Shown one piece after another: positions 26,376 to 39,800 of a stretch of DNA of 64,000 nucleotides. The translations under genes were made by a program, and so were the position numbers. The notes under the pieces are model-generated. The model was not told the DNA's origin. It saw only the letters and a list, made by a program, of their open reading frames with translations, and made no database searches. Where the stretch lies: assembly GCF_009914755.1 (NCBI RefSeq), contig NC_060935.1; one strand, given 5' to 3'. Positions within the stretch are counted from its first letter, which is position 1, and each line of letters starts with the position of its first letter. Source of the stretch: the human T2T-CHM13v2.0 reference genome, Homo sapiens.

Positions 26376-29300
26376 TCTGTCTAGTTTTTTTGTGAAGTTA
26401 TTTCCTTTTCCAATAGAGGAGACAAGCACTACAAATATCCACTTGCAGATTCTACAAAAAGAGTGTTTGAAAACTGCTCAATCAAAAGAAAGGTTCAACT
26501 CTGTGACATGAATGGACACATCACAAAGAAGTTTCTCCTAATGCCTTTGTTTAGCTTTTATGTGAAGATTTTCCCTTTTCCACCACTGGCCTCAAAGCAC
26601 TCCAAATATCCAATTGCAGACTCTACATAAAGAGTGTTTCAAAATTCCTCAGTCAAAAGACAGGTTCAAATCTCTGAGATGAATTCACACTTCACAAAAA
26701 GTTTCTCAGAATGGTTCTTTCTAGTTTTTATGTGAAGGTATTTCCTTTTCAGCTATAATCCACAAGGTGCTCCAAATATTCACTTGGAGATATTACAAAA
26801 AGAGTGTTTCCATGCTGCCCTGCCAAAAGAAAGGTTCAACTCTGTGAGTTGAATGCACACATCCCAAAAAAGTTTCTGAGAATGCTTCTGTCTAGTTTTT
26901 ATGTGAAGATGATACTTCCTTTTCCATGATAGGCCTCAAACCACTCCAAATATCCACTTGCAAATTCTACAAAAAGAGTGTTTCAAAACTTCTTAATCAA
27001 AAGAAAGGCTTAACAATGTGAGATGAATGCACACATCACAAAGAAGTTTCTCAGAATGCTTCTGTCTAGTTTTTATGTGAAGATGTACCCTTTTCAGCTG
27101 TAGGCCTCAAAGCGCTCCAAATATTCATTTGCAGGCATTACACAAAGAGTGTTTTCAAATTGCTCTACCAAAAGAAAGATACAACTCCATGAGTTGAATT
27201 CACACATCCCAAAGAAGTTTCTGAGAATGCTTCTGTCTAGTTGTTATGTAAAGATACTTCCTTTTCCACCATAGGCCTCAAAGCGCTCCAACTATCCACT
27301 TACAGATTCCACAAAAATAGTGTTTCAAAACTACTTAATCAAAAGAAAGTTCCAACACTGTGAGATGAATGCACACATCACAAAGAAGTTTCTGAGAATG
27401 CTTCTGTCTAGTTTTTATGTGAAGATATTTCCTTTTCAGCTATAGGCCCCAAAGCACTCCAAATACCCATTTGCACATCCTACAAAAAGAGTGTTTGCAT
27501 GCTGCTCAATCAAAAGAAATGTTCAACTGTGTGAGTTCAAAGCAAACATCCCAAAGAAGTTTCTGAGAATGCTCTGTCTAGTTTTCTTGTGAAGATATTT
27601 CCTTTTCTAACATAGGGTTCAAAGCGCTCCAAATATCCACTTGCAGATACTACAAAAAGAGTATTTCCAAACTGCTCAATCAAAAGAAAGGTTCAGCTCT
27701 GTGAGTTGAAAGCACACATCCCAAAGAAGTTTCTGAGAATGCTTCCGTCTAGTTTTTATGTTAAGATATTTCCTTTTCAACTACAGGCCTAAAAGCATTC
27801 AAATATCCACTTGCAGTTGCTACAAAAAGAGTGTTTCCAAACTGGTCAATCAAAAGAAAGGTTCAACTCTTATAGTTGAATGCACACATCACAAAGCAGT
27901 TTCCGGAAATGCTTCTGTCTAGTTTCTATGTTCAGATATTTCCATTTCCACCATAGGCCTCAAAGCATTCCAAATATCCACTTGCAGATTCTACAAAAGA
28001 CTGTTTCAAAACTGCTCAATCAAAAGAAAGTTTCTCCTCTGTGAGGTGAATACACACATCACAAAGAAGTTACTCTGAATGCTTCTGTCTTTTTTTAGGT
28101 GAAGATATTTCCTTTTCAGCTATAGGCCTCAAAACGCTCCAAATATCCATTTGCAGTTACTACAAAAAGAGTGTTTCCAAACAGCTCAATCAAAAGTAAG
28201 GTTCAACTCTGTGAGTTGAATGCACACATCACAAAGAAGTTTCTCAGAATGCTTCTGTCTAACTTTTATGTAAAGATATTTCCTTTTCCACCACAGGACT
28301 CAAAACACTCCAACTATCAACTTGCAGATTCTATAGAAGCAGTGTTTCAAAACTGCTCAATCAAAAGAAAGTTTCAACTCTGTGAGATGAAAGCGCACAT
28401 CCAAAGAAGTTTCTCAGAATGCTTCTGTGTCGTTTTAAGTGAAGATATTTCCTTTTCAGCTATAGGCCTCAAAGCACCTCAAATATCCATTTGCAGTTAC
28501 TACACAAAGAGTGTTTCAAAACTGCTGAATCAAAACATTCAGCTCGGTGAGATGAATGCGCACTTCACAAAGAAGTTCCTCTGAATGCTTCTGACTAGTT
28601 TTAAGTGCAGCTATTTCCTGTTCCACCATAGGTCTCTAAGCGCTTCAAATATCCACTTACAGATTCTACAAAAACAGTCTTTCCAAACTGCACAATCAAA
28701 AGAACGGTTCAACTCTGAGAGTTGAATACATACATCACAAAGAAGTTTCTGAGAAATCTTCTGTCTAGTTTTTATGTGAAGATATTTCCTTTTCCAGCAT
28801 AGGCCTCAAAGCACTCCAAATATCCACTTGCAGATCCTATAAAAAGAGTGTTTCAAAACTTCTCAATAAAAGGAAAGGTTCAACTCTGTGAGATGAATGC
28901 ACACATCAGAAGGTAGTTTCTCAGAATGCTTCTGTCTAGTTTTTTATGTGAAGATATTTGCTTTTTTGCTATAGGCCTCATAGAATTCCTAATATCCATT
29001 TGCAGTTACTACAAAAAGTGTGTTTCCAAACTGCTCAATTAAAAGAAAAGTTCAACTTTTAGTGTTGAATACACAGATCACAAAGAAGTTTCTGAGAATG
29101 CTTCCGTCTAGTTTTTATGTTAAGATACTTCCTTTTCCATAATAGGATTCACTGCGCTCAAAATATCCACTTGCAGATTCTACAAAAAGAGTCTTTCAAA
29201 ACTTCTCAATCAAAAGAAAGGTTCAGCTCTGTGAGATGAATGCACACACATCCCAAAGTAGTTTCTCAGAATGCTTCTGTCAAGTTTTCATGTGAAGATA

Positions 29301-30800
29301 TTTCTTTTTCAGCTATAGCCCTCAAAGCGGTCCAAATATACCTTTTCAGTTACTACAAGAGTGTCTCTAAACTGTTCAATCAAAAGAAATATTCAACCCT
29401 GCAAGTTGAATGTGCCCAACAAAAAGAAATTTCTGAGAATGTTTTTGCATAGTTTCTATGTGAAGATATGTCCCTTTCCATCATAGGCCTTAAAGCACTC
29501 AAAATATCAACTTGCAGATTCTACAAAAAGAGTGTTTCAAAACTGCTCAATCAAAAGAAAAGTTCAACACTGTGAGATGAATGCACACATCACAAAGAAG
29601 TTTCTGAGAATGCTTCTGTCTAGTTTTTATGTGAAGATATTTCCTTTTCCGGAATAGGCCTCAAAGTGCTCCAAATATACATTTGTAGTTACTACAAAAA
29701 GAGTGTTTCCAAACTGCTCAATCAAAGGGAAAGTTCAGCACTGTGTGTTGAATGCACACATCACAAAGAAGTTTCTGAGAATGTTTTTGTCTAGTCTATA
29801 TGTGATGACATTTCCTTTTCCACCATAGGCCTCAAAGTGCTCCAAATATCCACTTGGGATGCTACAAAAAGAGTGTTACAAAGCTTCTCAATCAAAAGAA
29901 AAGTTCAACTCTGTGAGATGAACGCACACATCACAAAGAAGTTTCTCAGAAGGCTTCTGTCTAGTATATATGGGAAGATATTTCGTTTTCCACCATAGGC
30001 CTCAAAGTGCTCTGAATATCCACTTGCAGATTCTACAAAAAGAGTGTTTTTCGAAACTGCTCAATCAAAAGAAAGGTTCAACTTTGTGAGTTGAATGCAC
30101 TCAACACAAAGTAGTTTCTGAGAATGCTTCTCTCTAGTTTCTATGTAAAGATATTTCCTTTTCCACCGTAGGCCTCAAAGCTTTCCAAATATCCACTTGC
30201 AGATACTACAAAATGAGTGTTTCAAAACTTCTCAAGCAAAAGAAAGGTTCAACTCCATGAGATGAATGCACCCATCCAAAGGAAGTTTCTCAGAATGATT
30301 CTGTCTAGTTTTTTTTATGTGAAGATATTTCCTTTTCAGCAATAGGCCTCAAAGCACTCCAAATATCGATTTTTAGTTACTACAAAAAGAGTGTTTCCAA
30401 ACTGCTCAATCAAAAGAAAAGTTCAACTCTGAGTGTTGAATGCACACAACACAAAGAAGTTTCTGAGAATGCTTCTGTCTAGTTTCTATGTGAAGATGAT
30501 TCCTTTTCCACCTTAGGCTTCAAAGTGCATCAAATATCCACTTGCAGATTCTACAATAGGAGTGTTTCAAAACTGTTAAATCATAAGAAAGTTTCAACTC
30601 TGTGAGATGAATGCACACATCACAAAGAAGTTTCACAGAATGGTTCTGTCTAGTTTCTACATGAATATATTTATTTTTCTGCTATAGGCCTCAAAGCACT
30701 CCAGATATCCATTTGCAGTTTCTACAAAAAGAGTGTTTCCAAACTGCTCAATCAAAAGAAAGGTTCAACTCTGATAGTTGAATGCACACATCTCAGAGAA
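26376..30800 (-). repeat. Alpha satellite block C (same layer as blocks A and B)
   Basis: CTGTCTAGTT monomers with TTCAGCTATAGG / CCATTTGCAGTTACTAC variants, as in block A. Confidence 0.95.
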
Positions 30801-33800
30801 GTTTCTCAGAATAATTCTGTGTAGTTATTATCTGTAGATATTTCCTTTTTCACCATGGGCCACAAAGGGCTCCAAATATCCACTTGCAGATTCTAGAAAA
30901 AGAGAGTTTCAAAACGGCTCTGTCAAAATATAGGTTCAACACTGTGAGATGAATGCAAACATTGCAAAGATGTTCCTCAAAATGCTTCTGTGTAGTTTTT
31001 ATGTGAAGATATTTCCTTTACCACCATAGGCCTCAAAGTGCTCCAAATATCCACTTGGAGATTCTACAAAAAGAGTGTTTCAAAACTAGTCAATCAAAAG
31101 AAAGCATTATTTCTGTGAGACGAATGCACACATTGCAAAGAAATTTCTCAGAATGCTTCTGTGTAGTTATTATGTGAAGATATTTTATTTTTCACCATAC
31201 ACCACAAAGGACTCTAAATATACACTTGCAGGTTCTACAAAAAGAGAGTTTCAAAACTGCTCTATCAAAAGATAGGTTCAACTGTGTGAGATGAATGCAC
31301 ACATCACAAAGACGTTTGTGAGAATGCTTCTGTGTAGTATTTACGTGAAGATAATTCCTTTTCCAAAACAGGCCTCAAAGTGCTCCAAATATCTACTTGT
31401 AGATTCTCCAAAAATGTGTTTCAAAACCACTCAATCAAATGAAATGTTCAACTCTGTGAGATGAATGCACACATCACAAAGAAGTTTCCCAGAATTCCTC
31501 TGTGTAGTTTTTATGGGAAGGTATTTCCTTTTCCACCATCGGCCACAAAGGGCTCCAAATAACCACTTGCAGATTCTACAAAAAGAGAGTTTCAAAACTG
31601 CTCTACCAAAGGATAGGTTCAACTCTGCGAGCTGAATTCACACAATACAGAGAAGTTTCTCAGAATGCTTCTGTGTAGTTTTTATGTGAAGATAATTCCT
31701 TTTCAACCATAGACCTCAAAGCGCCCCAAATATCCACTTGCAGATTCTACAAAAAGAGTGTTTCAAAACTGCCCTATTAAAAGAAAGGTTCAACTCCGTG
31801 AGATGAATGCACACATCATGAAGAAGTTTCGGAGAATGCTTCTGTGTAGTTTTTATGTGAAGATATTTCCTTTTCCACAACAAGCCTGAAAGTGCACCAA
31901 ATATCCATTTGCAGATTCTACAAAAGGGTGTTACCAAACTGCTCAATCAAAACAGAGTTTCAATTCTGCTACATGAATGCAGACATCATAAAGAAGTTTC
32001 TCAGAATACTTTTGTGTATTCTTTATGTGAAAATATTTCATTTTCCACCATAGGCCACTAAGGGCTCCAAATATCCACTTGCAGATTCTACAAAAAGAGA
32101 GTTTCAGAATTTCTCTATAAAAAGATATGTTCAACTCTGTGAGGTGAATGCACACATCACAAAGAAGTTTCTTATAATGCTTCTGTGTAGTTTTTATGTG
32201 AAGGTATTTCCTTTTCCACCTTAGGCCTCAAAGCGTTCCAAATATCCACTTGCAGATTCTACAAAGGACAGTTTCAAAACGGCTCAATCAAAAGAAAGGT
32301 TGAACTCTGTGAGATGAATGCACACATCACAAAGGCGTTTCAGAGAATGCTTCTGTGTAGTTTTTATGTGAAGATATTTCCTTTTCCACAACAGACCTCA
32401 AAGCACTCCAAATGTCAACTTAAGATTCTACAAAAATAGTGTTTCCAAATTGCTCAATCAAAAGAGAAGTTCAACCCTGTGACATGAATGCACACTTAAC
32501 AATGAAGTTTCTCAGAATACTTCTGAGTATTTTTTATGGGATGATATCTCCATTTCCACCATAGGCCACTAAGGGCTCCAAATATCCACTTGCAGACTGT
32601 GCAAAAACAGAGTTTCAAAACTGCTCTATCATAAGATATGTTCAACTCTGTGAGATGAATGCACACATCAGAACGTAGTTTCTCAGAATGCTTCTGTGTA
32701 GTTTTTATGTGAAGATATTTCCTTTTCCACCATAGGCCTCAAAACGTTGCAAATATCCACTTGCAGATTCTACAAAAAGAGTGTTTCAAAACTGCTCAAT
32801 CAAATGAAATGTTCAACTCCATGAGATGAATTCACACATCACAAAGAAGTTTCTCACAATGCTTCTGTGTAGTTTTCAAGTGAAGATATTTCCTTCTCCA
32901 CCACAGGCCACAAAGGGCTCTAAATATCCACTTGCAGATTCTACAAAAAGAGAGTTTCAAAACTGCTCTATCAAAAGAAAGGTTCGACTCTGTGAGATGA
33001 ATGCACACAAAGCAAAGAAGTTTCTTATAATGCTTCTGCGTAGTTTTTAGGTGAACATATTTCCTTTTCCAAAATAGGCCTCAAATCAATCCAAATATCC
33101 ATTTGAAGATTCTACAGAAAGTGTTTCAAAACTGCTCAATCAAAAGAAAATTCTGTGACTTGAATGCATACATCACAAAGAAGTCTCTCAGAATGCTTCT
33201 GTGTAGTTTTTATGTGAAGATATTTTCTTTTCCACCATAGCCAAAAAGGGCTGCAAATATCCACTTGCAGATTCTACGAAAAGAGAGTATCAAAACTGCT
33301 CTATCAAAAGATAGGTTCAACTCTGCGAGCTGAAAGCACACATCACAAAGAAGTTTCTGAGAAAGCTTCTGTGTAGTTTTTATGTGAAGATATTTCCTTT
33401 TTCCACAATAGGCCTGAAAGCACTCCAAATATCCATTTGCAGATTCTACAAAAAGAGCATTTCCAAACTGCTCAACCAAAACAGAGTTTCAATTCTGCGA
33501 CATGAATGCACACATCACAAAGAAGTTTCTCAGAATGCTTCTGTGTATTTTTTATGTGAACATATTTCCGTTTCCACCATAGGCCACTAAGGGCTCCAAA
33601 TATCCACTTGCAGTTTCTACAAAAACAGAGATTCAAAACTGCTCTATCAAACGATATGTTCAACTCTTTGAGATGAATGCACACATCACAAAGAAGTTTC
33701 TCAGAATGCTTCTGTGTAGTTTTTATGTGAAGATATTTGCTTTTCCTCCATAGGCCTCAAAGTGTTCCAAATAACCACTTGCATATTCTACAAAAAGAGT

Positions 33801-36800
33801 GTTTCAAAACTGCTCAATCAAAAGAAAGGTTCAACTCTGTGATATGAATGCACACATCACAAAGGAGTTTCTGAGAATGCTTCTGTGTAGTTTTTATGTG
33901 AAGATATTTCCTTTTCCACAACTGGCCTCAAAGCGCACTAAATGTCAACTTAAGATTCTACAAAAAGAATATTTCCAAACTGCTCAATCAAAAGAGAAGT
34001 TCAACTCTGTGGCATGAATGCACACATAACAAAGAAGTTTCTCAGAATACTTCTGTGTATTTTTTATGTGATGATATCTCCTTTTCCACCATAGGCAACT
34101 AAGGGCTCCAAATATCCACTTGCAGATTGTGCAAAAACACAGTTTCAAAACTGCTCTATCATAAGATATGTTCAACTCTGTGAGATGAATGCACACATCA
34201 GAAAGTAGTTTCTCAGAATGCTTCTGTGTAGTTTTTATGTGAAGATATTTCCTTTTCCACCATAGGCCTCAAAGCATTCCAAATATCCACTTGCAGATTC
34301 TACAAAACGAGTGTTTCAAAGCTGCTCAATCAAATGAAATGTTAAACTCTGTGAGATGAATTCACACATCACAAAGTAGTTTCTCAGAATGCTTCTGTGT
34401 AGTTTTCAAGTGAAGATATTTCCTTTTCCACCACAGGCCACAAAGGGCTCTAAATATCCACCTGCAGATTCTACAAAAAGAGAATTTCAAAACTGCTCTG
34501 TCAAAAGATAAATTCAAGTCTGTGAGCTGAAAGCACACATCACAGAGAAGTTTCTGAGAATGCTTCTGTGTAGTTTTTATGTGAAGATATTTCCCTTTTC
34601 ACAATAGGTGTCAAATCGCTCCAAATATCCAATTGCAGATTCTACAAAAAGAGTGGTTTCAAAGAGCTCAATCAAAAGAGACGTTCAACTCTGTGAGATG
34701 AATGCACACATCACAAAGAAGTTTCTCAGAAAGCTTCTGAGTAGTTTTTATATGAAGATAGCTCCTTTTCCACCATAGGCTGCAAAGGGCTCCAAATATC
34801 CACTTGCAGATTCTACAAAAAGAGAGTTTCAAAACTGCTCTATCAAAAGATAGGTTCAACTGTGTGAGATGAATACACACTTCACAAAGGCGTTTGTGAG
34901 AATGCTTCTGTATAGCATTTATGTGAGGATGATTCCTTTTCCAAAATAGGCCTCAAAGTGCTCCAAATATCCACTTGCAGATTCTACAAAAAGAGTGTCT
35001 CAAAACTGCTCAATCAAATCAAATGTTCACCTCTGTGAGATGAATGCACACATCACAAAGAAGTTTCTCAGAATTCCTCTGTGTAGTTTTTAAGGGAAGT
35101 AAGTTATTTCCTTTTCCACCATCGGCCACAAAGGGCTCCAAATAACCACTTGCAGATTCTAGAAAAAGAGAGTTTCAAAACTGCTCTATCAAAAGATAGG
35201 TTCAACTCCGTGAGCTGTATTCACATATCACAAAGAAGTTCCTCAGAATGCTTCTGTGTAGTTTTTATGTGAAGATAATTCCTTTTCCACCATAGGCCTC
35301 AAAGCGCTCCAAATTGCCACTTGCAGATTTTACAAAAAGAGTGTTTCAAAACTGCTCAATGAAAGGAAAGGTTCAACTCTGTGAGATGAATGCAAACAAA
35401 ACAAAGGAGTTTCTGAGAATGCTTCTGTGTAGTTTTTATGTGAAGATATTTCCTTTTCCACAAAAGGCCTGAAAGCGCTCCAAATATACATTTGAAGATT
35501 CTACAAAAAGAGTGTTTCCAAACTGCTCAATCAAAACAGAGTTTCAACTCTGTGACATGAATGTACACATCACAAAGAATTTTCTCAGAATACATTTGTG
35601 TATTTTTTATGTGAAGATATTCCCTTTTCTACCATAGGCCAATAATGGCTCCAAATATCCACTTGCAGATTCTACAAAAAGAGAGTTTCAAAACTGCTCT
35701 ATAAAAAGATATGTTCAACTCTGTGAGATGAATGCACACATCACAAAGAAGTTTTGGAGAATGCTTCTGTGTAGTTTTTATGTGAAGATATTTCCTTTTC
35801 CACCATAGGCCTCAAAGCGCTCCAAATATCCACTTGCAGATTCTACAAAAAGAGTGTTTCAAAACTGCTCAATCAAAAGGAAGGTTCAACTCTGTGAGAT
35901 GAATGCACACATCACAAAGAAGTTTTGGAGAATGCTTCTGTGTAGTTTTTATGTGAAGATATTTCCTTTTCCACCATAGGCCTGAACGCGCTCCAAATAT
36001 CCATTTGCAGATTCTACCAAAAGAGTGTTTCCCATCTTCTCAATCAGAACAGTTTCAATCTGCGACATGAATGCACACATCACAAAGAAGTTTCTCAGAA
36101 TAGTTTTGTGTATTTTTTATGTGAAGATATTTCCTTTTCCACCATAGGCCACTGAGGGCTCCTAATATCCACTTGCAGATTCTACAAAAAGAGAGTTTCA
36201 AAACTGCTCTATCAAAAGATATGTTCAACACTGTGAGATGAATGCACACATCACAAGAAGTTTATCAGAATGCTTCTTTGTAGTTTTTATTTGAAGATAT
36301 TACCTTTTACACCATAGGCCTCAAAGCGCTCCAAATATCCACTTGCAGATCCTACAAAAAGACTGTTTCAAACCTGCTCGATCAAAGGAAAGGTTCAACT
36401 CTGTGAGATGAATGCACACATCACAAAGAAGTTTCGGAGAATGCTTCTGTGTAGTTTTTATTTGAAGATATTTCCTTTTCCACAACAGGCCTCAAAGCAC
36501 TCCAAATGTCTACTTAAGATACTACAATAAGAGTTTTTCCAAGCTGCTCAAACAAAAGAGAAGTTGAACTCTGTGATATGAATGCACACATAACAAAGAA
36601 GTTTCTCAGAATACTTCTGTGTTTTTTTTTTTATGTGAAGATATCTTCTTTTCCAACAGAGGCCTCTAAGGGCTCCAAATATCCACTTGCAGATTCTACA
36701 AAAACATAGTTTCAAAACTGCTCTATTAAAAGATATGTTCAACTCTGTGAGATGAATGCACACATCAGAAATTCGTTTCTCAGAATGTTTCTGTGTAGTT

Positions 36801-39800
36801 TTCATGTGAAGATATTTCCTTTTCCACCATAGGCCTCAAAGCGCTCCACATATCCACTTGCAGATTCCACAAAACAAGTGTTTCAAAACTGCTCAATTAA
36901 ATGAAATGTTCAACACTGTGGGATGAATTCACTCATCACAAAGAAGTTTCTCAGAATGCTTCTGTGTAGTTTTTAAGTGAAGACATTTCCTCCTCCACCA
37001 CAGGCCGCAAAGAGCTCTAAATATTGACTTGCAGATTCTACAAAAAGAGTGTTTCAAAACTGCTCAGTCAGAAGATAGGTTCAACTCTGTGAGAGGAATG
37101 CACACATCACAAAGAAGTTTCTCAGAATGCTTCTGTATAATTTTTGTAAGATGATATTTCCTTTTCCACCATAGGCCTCAAAGCGTTCCAAATATTCACT
37201 TGCAGACCCTACAAAAAGATTGTTTCCAAACTGCTCAATCAAAAGAAAGGTTCAACTCTGTGAGTTGAATACACACATCACTAAGAAGTTTCTCAGAATG
37301 GTTCTGTGTAGTTTTTAAGTGAAGATATTACCTTTTCCAAAATAGGCCTCAAAGCACTCTAAATATCCACTTGAAGATTCTACAAAAACAGAGTTTCAAA
37401 ACTGCTCAATACAAAGAAAGATTCAACTCTGTTAGATGAATGTACACATCACAAATAAGTTTCTCATAATGCTTCTGTGTAGTTTTTATTTTAAGATGTT
37501 TCCTTTTCCACCATAGGCCTCAAAGGGCTCCAAATATCTACTTGGGGATACTAGAAAGGAAGGTTTCAAAACTGTTCAATCAAAAGAAAAGTTCAACTCT
37601 GTGAGATGAATGCACACATCACAAGGAAGTTTCACAGAATGATTCTGTGTAGTTTTTAAATGAAGGTATTTCCTTTTCCACCATATTCCACAAACGGTCC
37701 CAAATACCCACTTCCAGATTTTACAAAAAGAGAGTTGCAAAACTTCTCCATCAACAGATACGTTCAACTCTGTGAGTTGAGTGCACACATCACAAAGAAA
37801 TTTCTCAGAATGCTTCTGTGTAGTTTTTATGTGAAGATATTTCCTTTTCCACAATAGGCCTCAAAGTGCTCCAAATATCCATTTGCAGATTTACAAAAAG
37901 AGAGTTTCAAAACTGCTCAATCCAAGGAAAGTTTGAACTCTGTGAGATGAATGTACACATCACAAGGTAGTTTCTAAGAATGCTTCTGTGTGTCTTTTAG
38001 ATGAAGATATTTTATTTTCCCCAATAGGCTTCAAAGTGCTCCTAATATCCACTTGAAGATTCTACAAAAACAGTGTTACAAAACTGTTCAATCAAAAGAA
38101 AGATTCAACACTGTGAGGTGAACGCACAAATCAGAAAGAAGTTTCTGAGAATGCGTCTGTGTGGTTTTTATGTGAAGATATTTCCTTTTCCACTATAGGC
38201 CTCCATGGTCTCCAAATATCCACTTGCAGATTCTTCTAAAAGTGTTTCCAAACTGCTCAATCAAAAGAAATATTCAACACTATGAGATGAATGCACACAT
38301 CACAAAGAAGTTTCTCAGAATGCTTCTGTGTACTTTTTATGTGCAGATAATTCCTTTTCCACCATAGGCCTCAAAGTGCCCCAAATATCCACTTGCAGAT
38401 TCCACAAAAAGAGAGTACCAAAACTGTTCTATCAAAAGATAGGTTCAACTCTGCGAGCTGAAAGCACACATCACAAAGAAGTTTCTCAGAATGCTTCTGT
38501 GTAGTTTTTAAGTGAAGATATTGACCTTTCCACCATAGGCTGCAAAGGGCTGCAAATACCCACTTGCAGATTCTACAAAAAGAGAGTTTCAAAACAGCTC
38601 AATCAAAGGAATGGTTCAACTCTGTGAGTTGAATGCCCACTTCACAAAGAAGTTTTTCAGAATGCTTCTGTGTAGTTTTTATGTGAAGATCTTTCCTTTT
38701 CCACCATAGGCCACAAAGGGCTCCGAATATCCACTGGCAGATTTTACAAAAGGAGATATTCAAAACTGCTCAATCAAAAATAGGTTCACCTCTGTGAGAT
38801 AAATGCATACATCACCAAGAAGTTTCTCAGAATGCTTCTGTGTAGTTTTATGTGAAGATATTTCCTTTTCCACAGTAGACATCAAAGTGTTCCAAATATC
38901 CACATGTAGAACCTACAAAAAGAGTGTTTCAAAACTGCTCAATGAAAAGATTGGTTCAACTCTGTGAGATGAATGCGCACATCACAAAGAAGATTCTCAG
39001 AATGCTTCGGTGTAGTTTTTCTATGAAGATATGTGTTTTTCCACAGTAGGATTCTAACCACTCCAATTATCCACTTGCAGATACTTCAAAAATAGTGTTT
39101 CAAAACTGCTCAATCACAATAAAGCTTCAACTCTGTGAGATGAATGCACACATCACAAAGGAGTTTCTAAGAATTCTTCTGTGTAGTTTTTGTGTGAAGA
39201 TATTTCCTTTTCCACATTAGGCCACTAAGTGCTCCAAATAACAACTTGCAGATTCTACAAAAAGAGTGTTTCAAAACTGCTCAATCAAAGGAAAGGTTTA
39301 ATTCTGTGAAATGAATGCACACATCACAAAGAAGTTTCTCAGAATGCTTCTGTATAGTTTTTATGTGAAGATATTTGCTTTTCCACAGTAGGCCTCAAAG
39401 CGCCACAAATATCCACTTGCAGATCCTACTAAAACAGTGTTTCAAAATTGTTGAATGAAAAAAAAGTTTCAACTCTGTGAGAGGAATGTACACATCAAAA
39501 AGAAGTTTCTCACAATGCTTCTATGTAGCTTTTATTTTAAGATATTTCCTTTCCACCATAGGCAGAAAAGTGCTCCATATATCCACCTGCAGATTCTAGA
39601 AAAAGAGATTCAAAACTGCTCCATCAAAAAATAGGTTCAACTCTGTGAGTGGAATGCACACATCAGAAAGCAGTTTCTCAGAATCCTTCTGTGCAGTTTT
39701 TATGTGAAGATATTTGTTTTTCAAGAGTAGGCCTCAAAGCGCTCCAAATATCCACTTGCAGAGTCTACAAAAACAGTGTATCAAAACTGCTCAATAAAAA

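Noticed and set aside
33545-33565. Possible second CENP-B box (TTTCCGTTTCCACCATAGG)
   Set aside because: It is a single-base variant of the A-type box and lacks both the CCCG and CGAA core halves.
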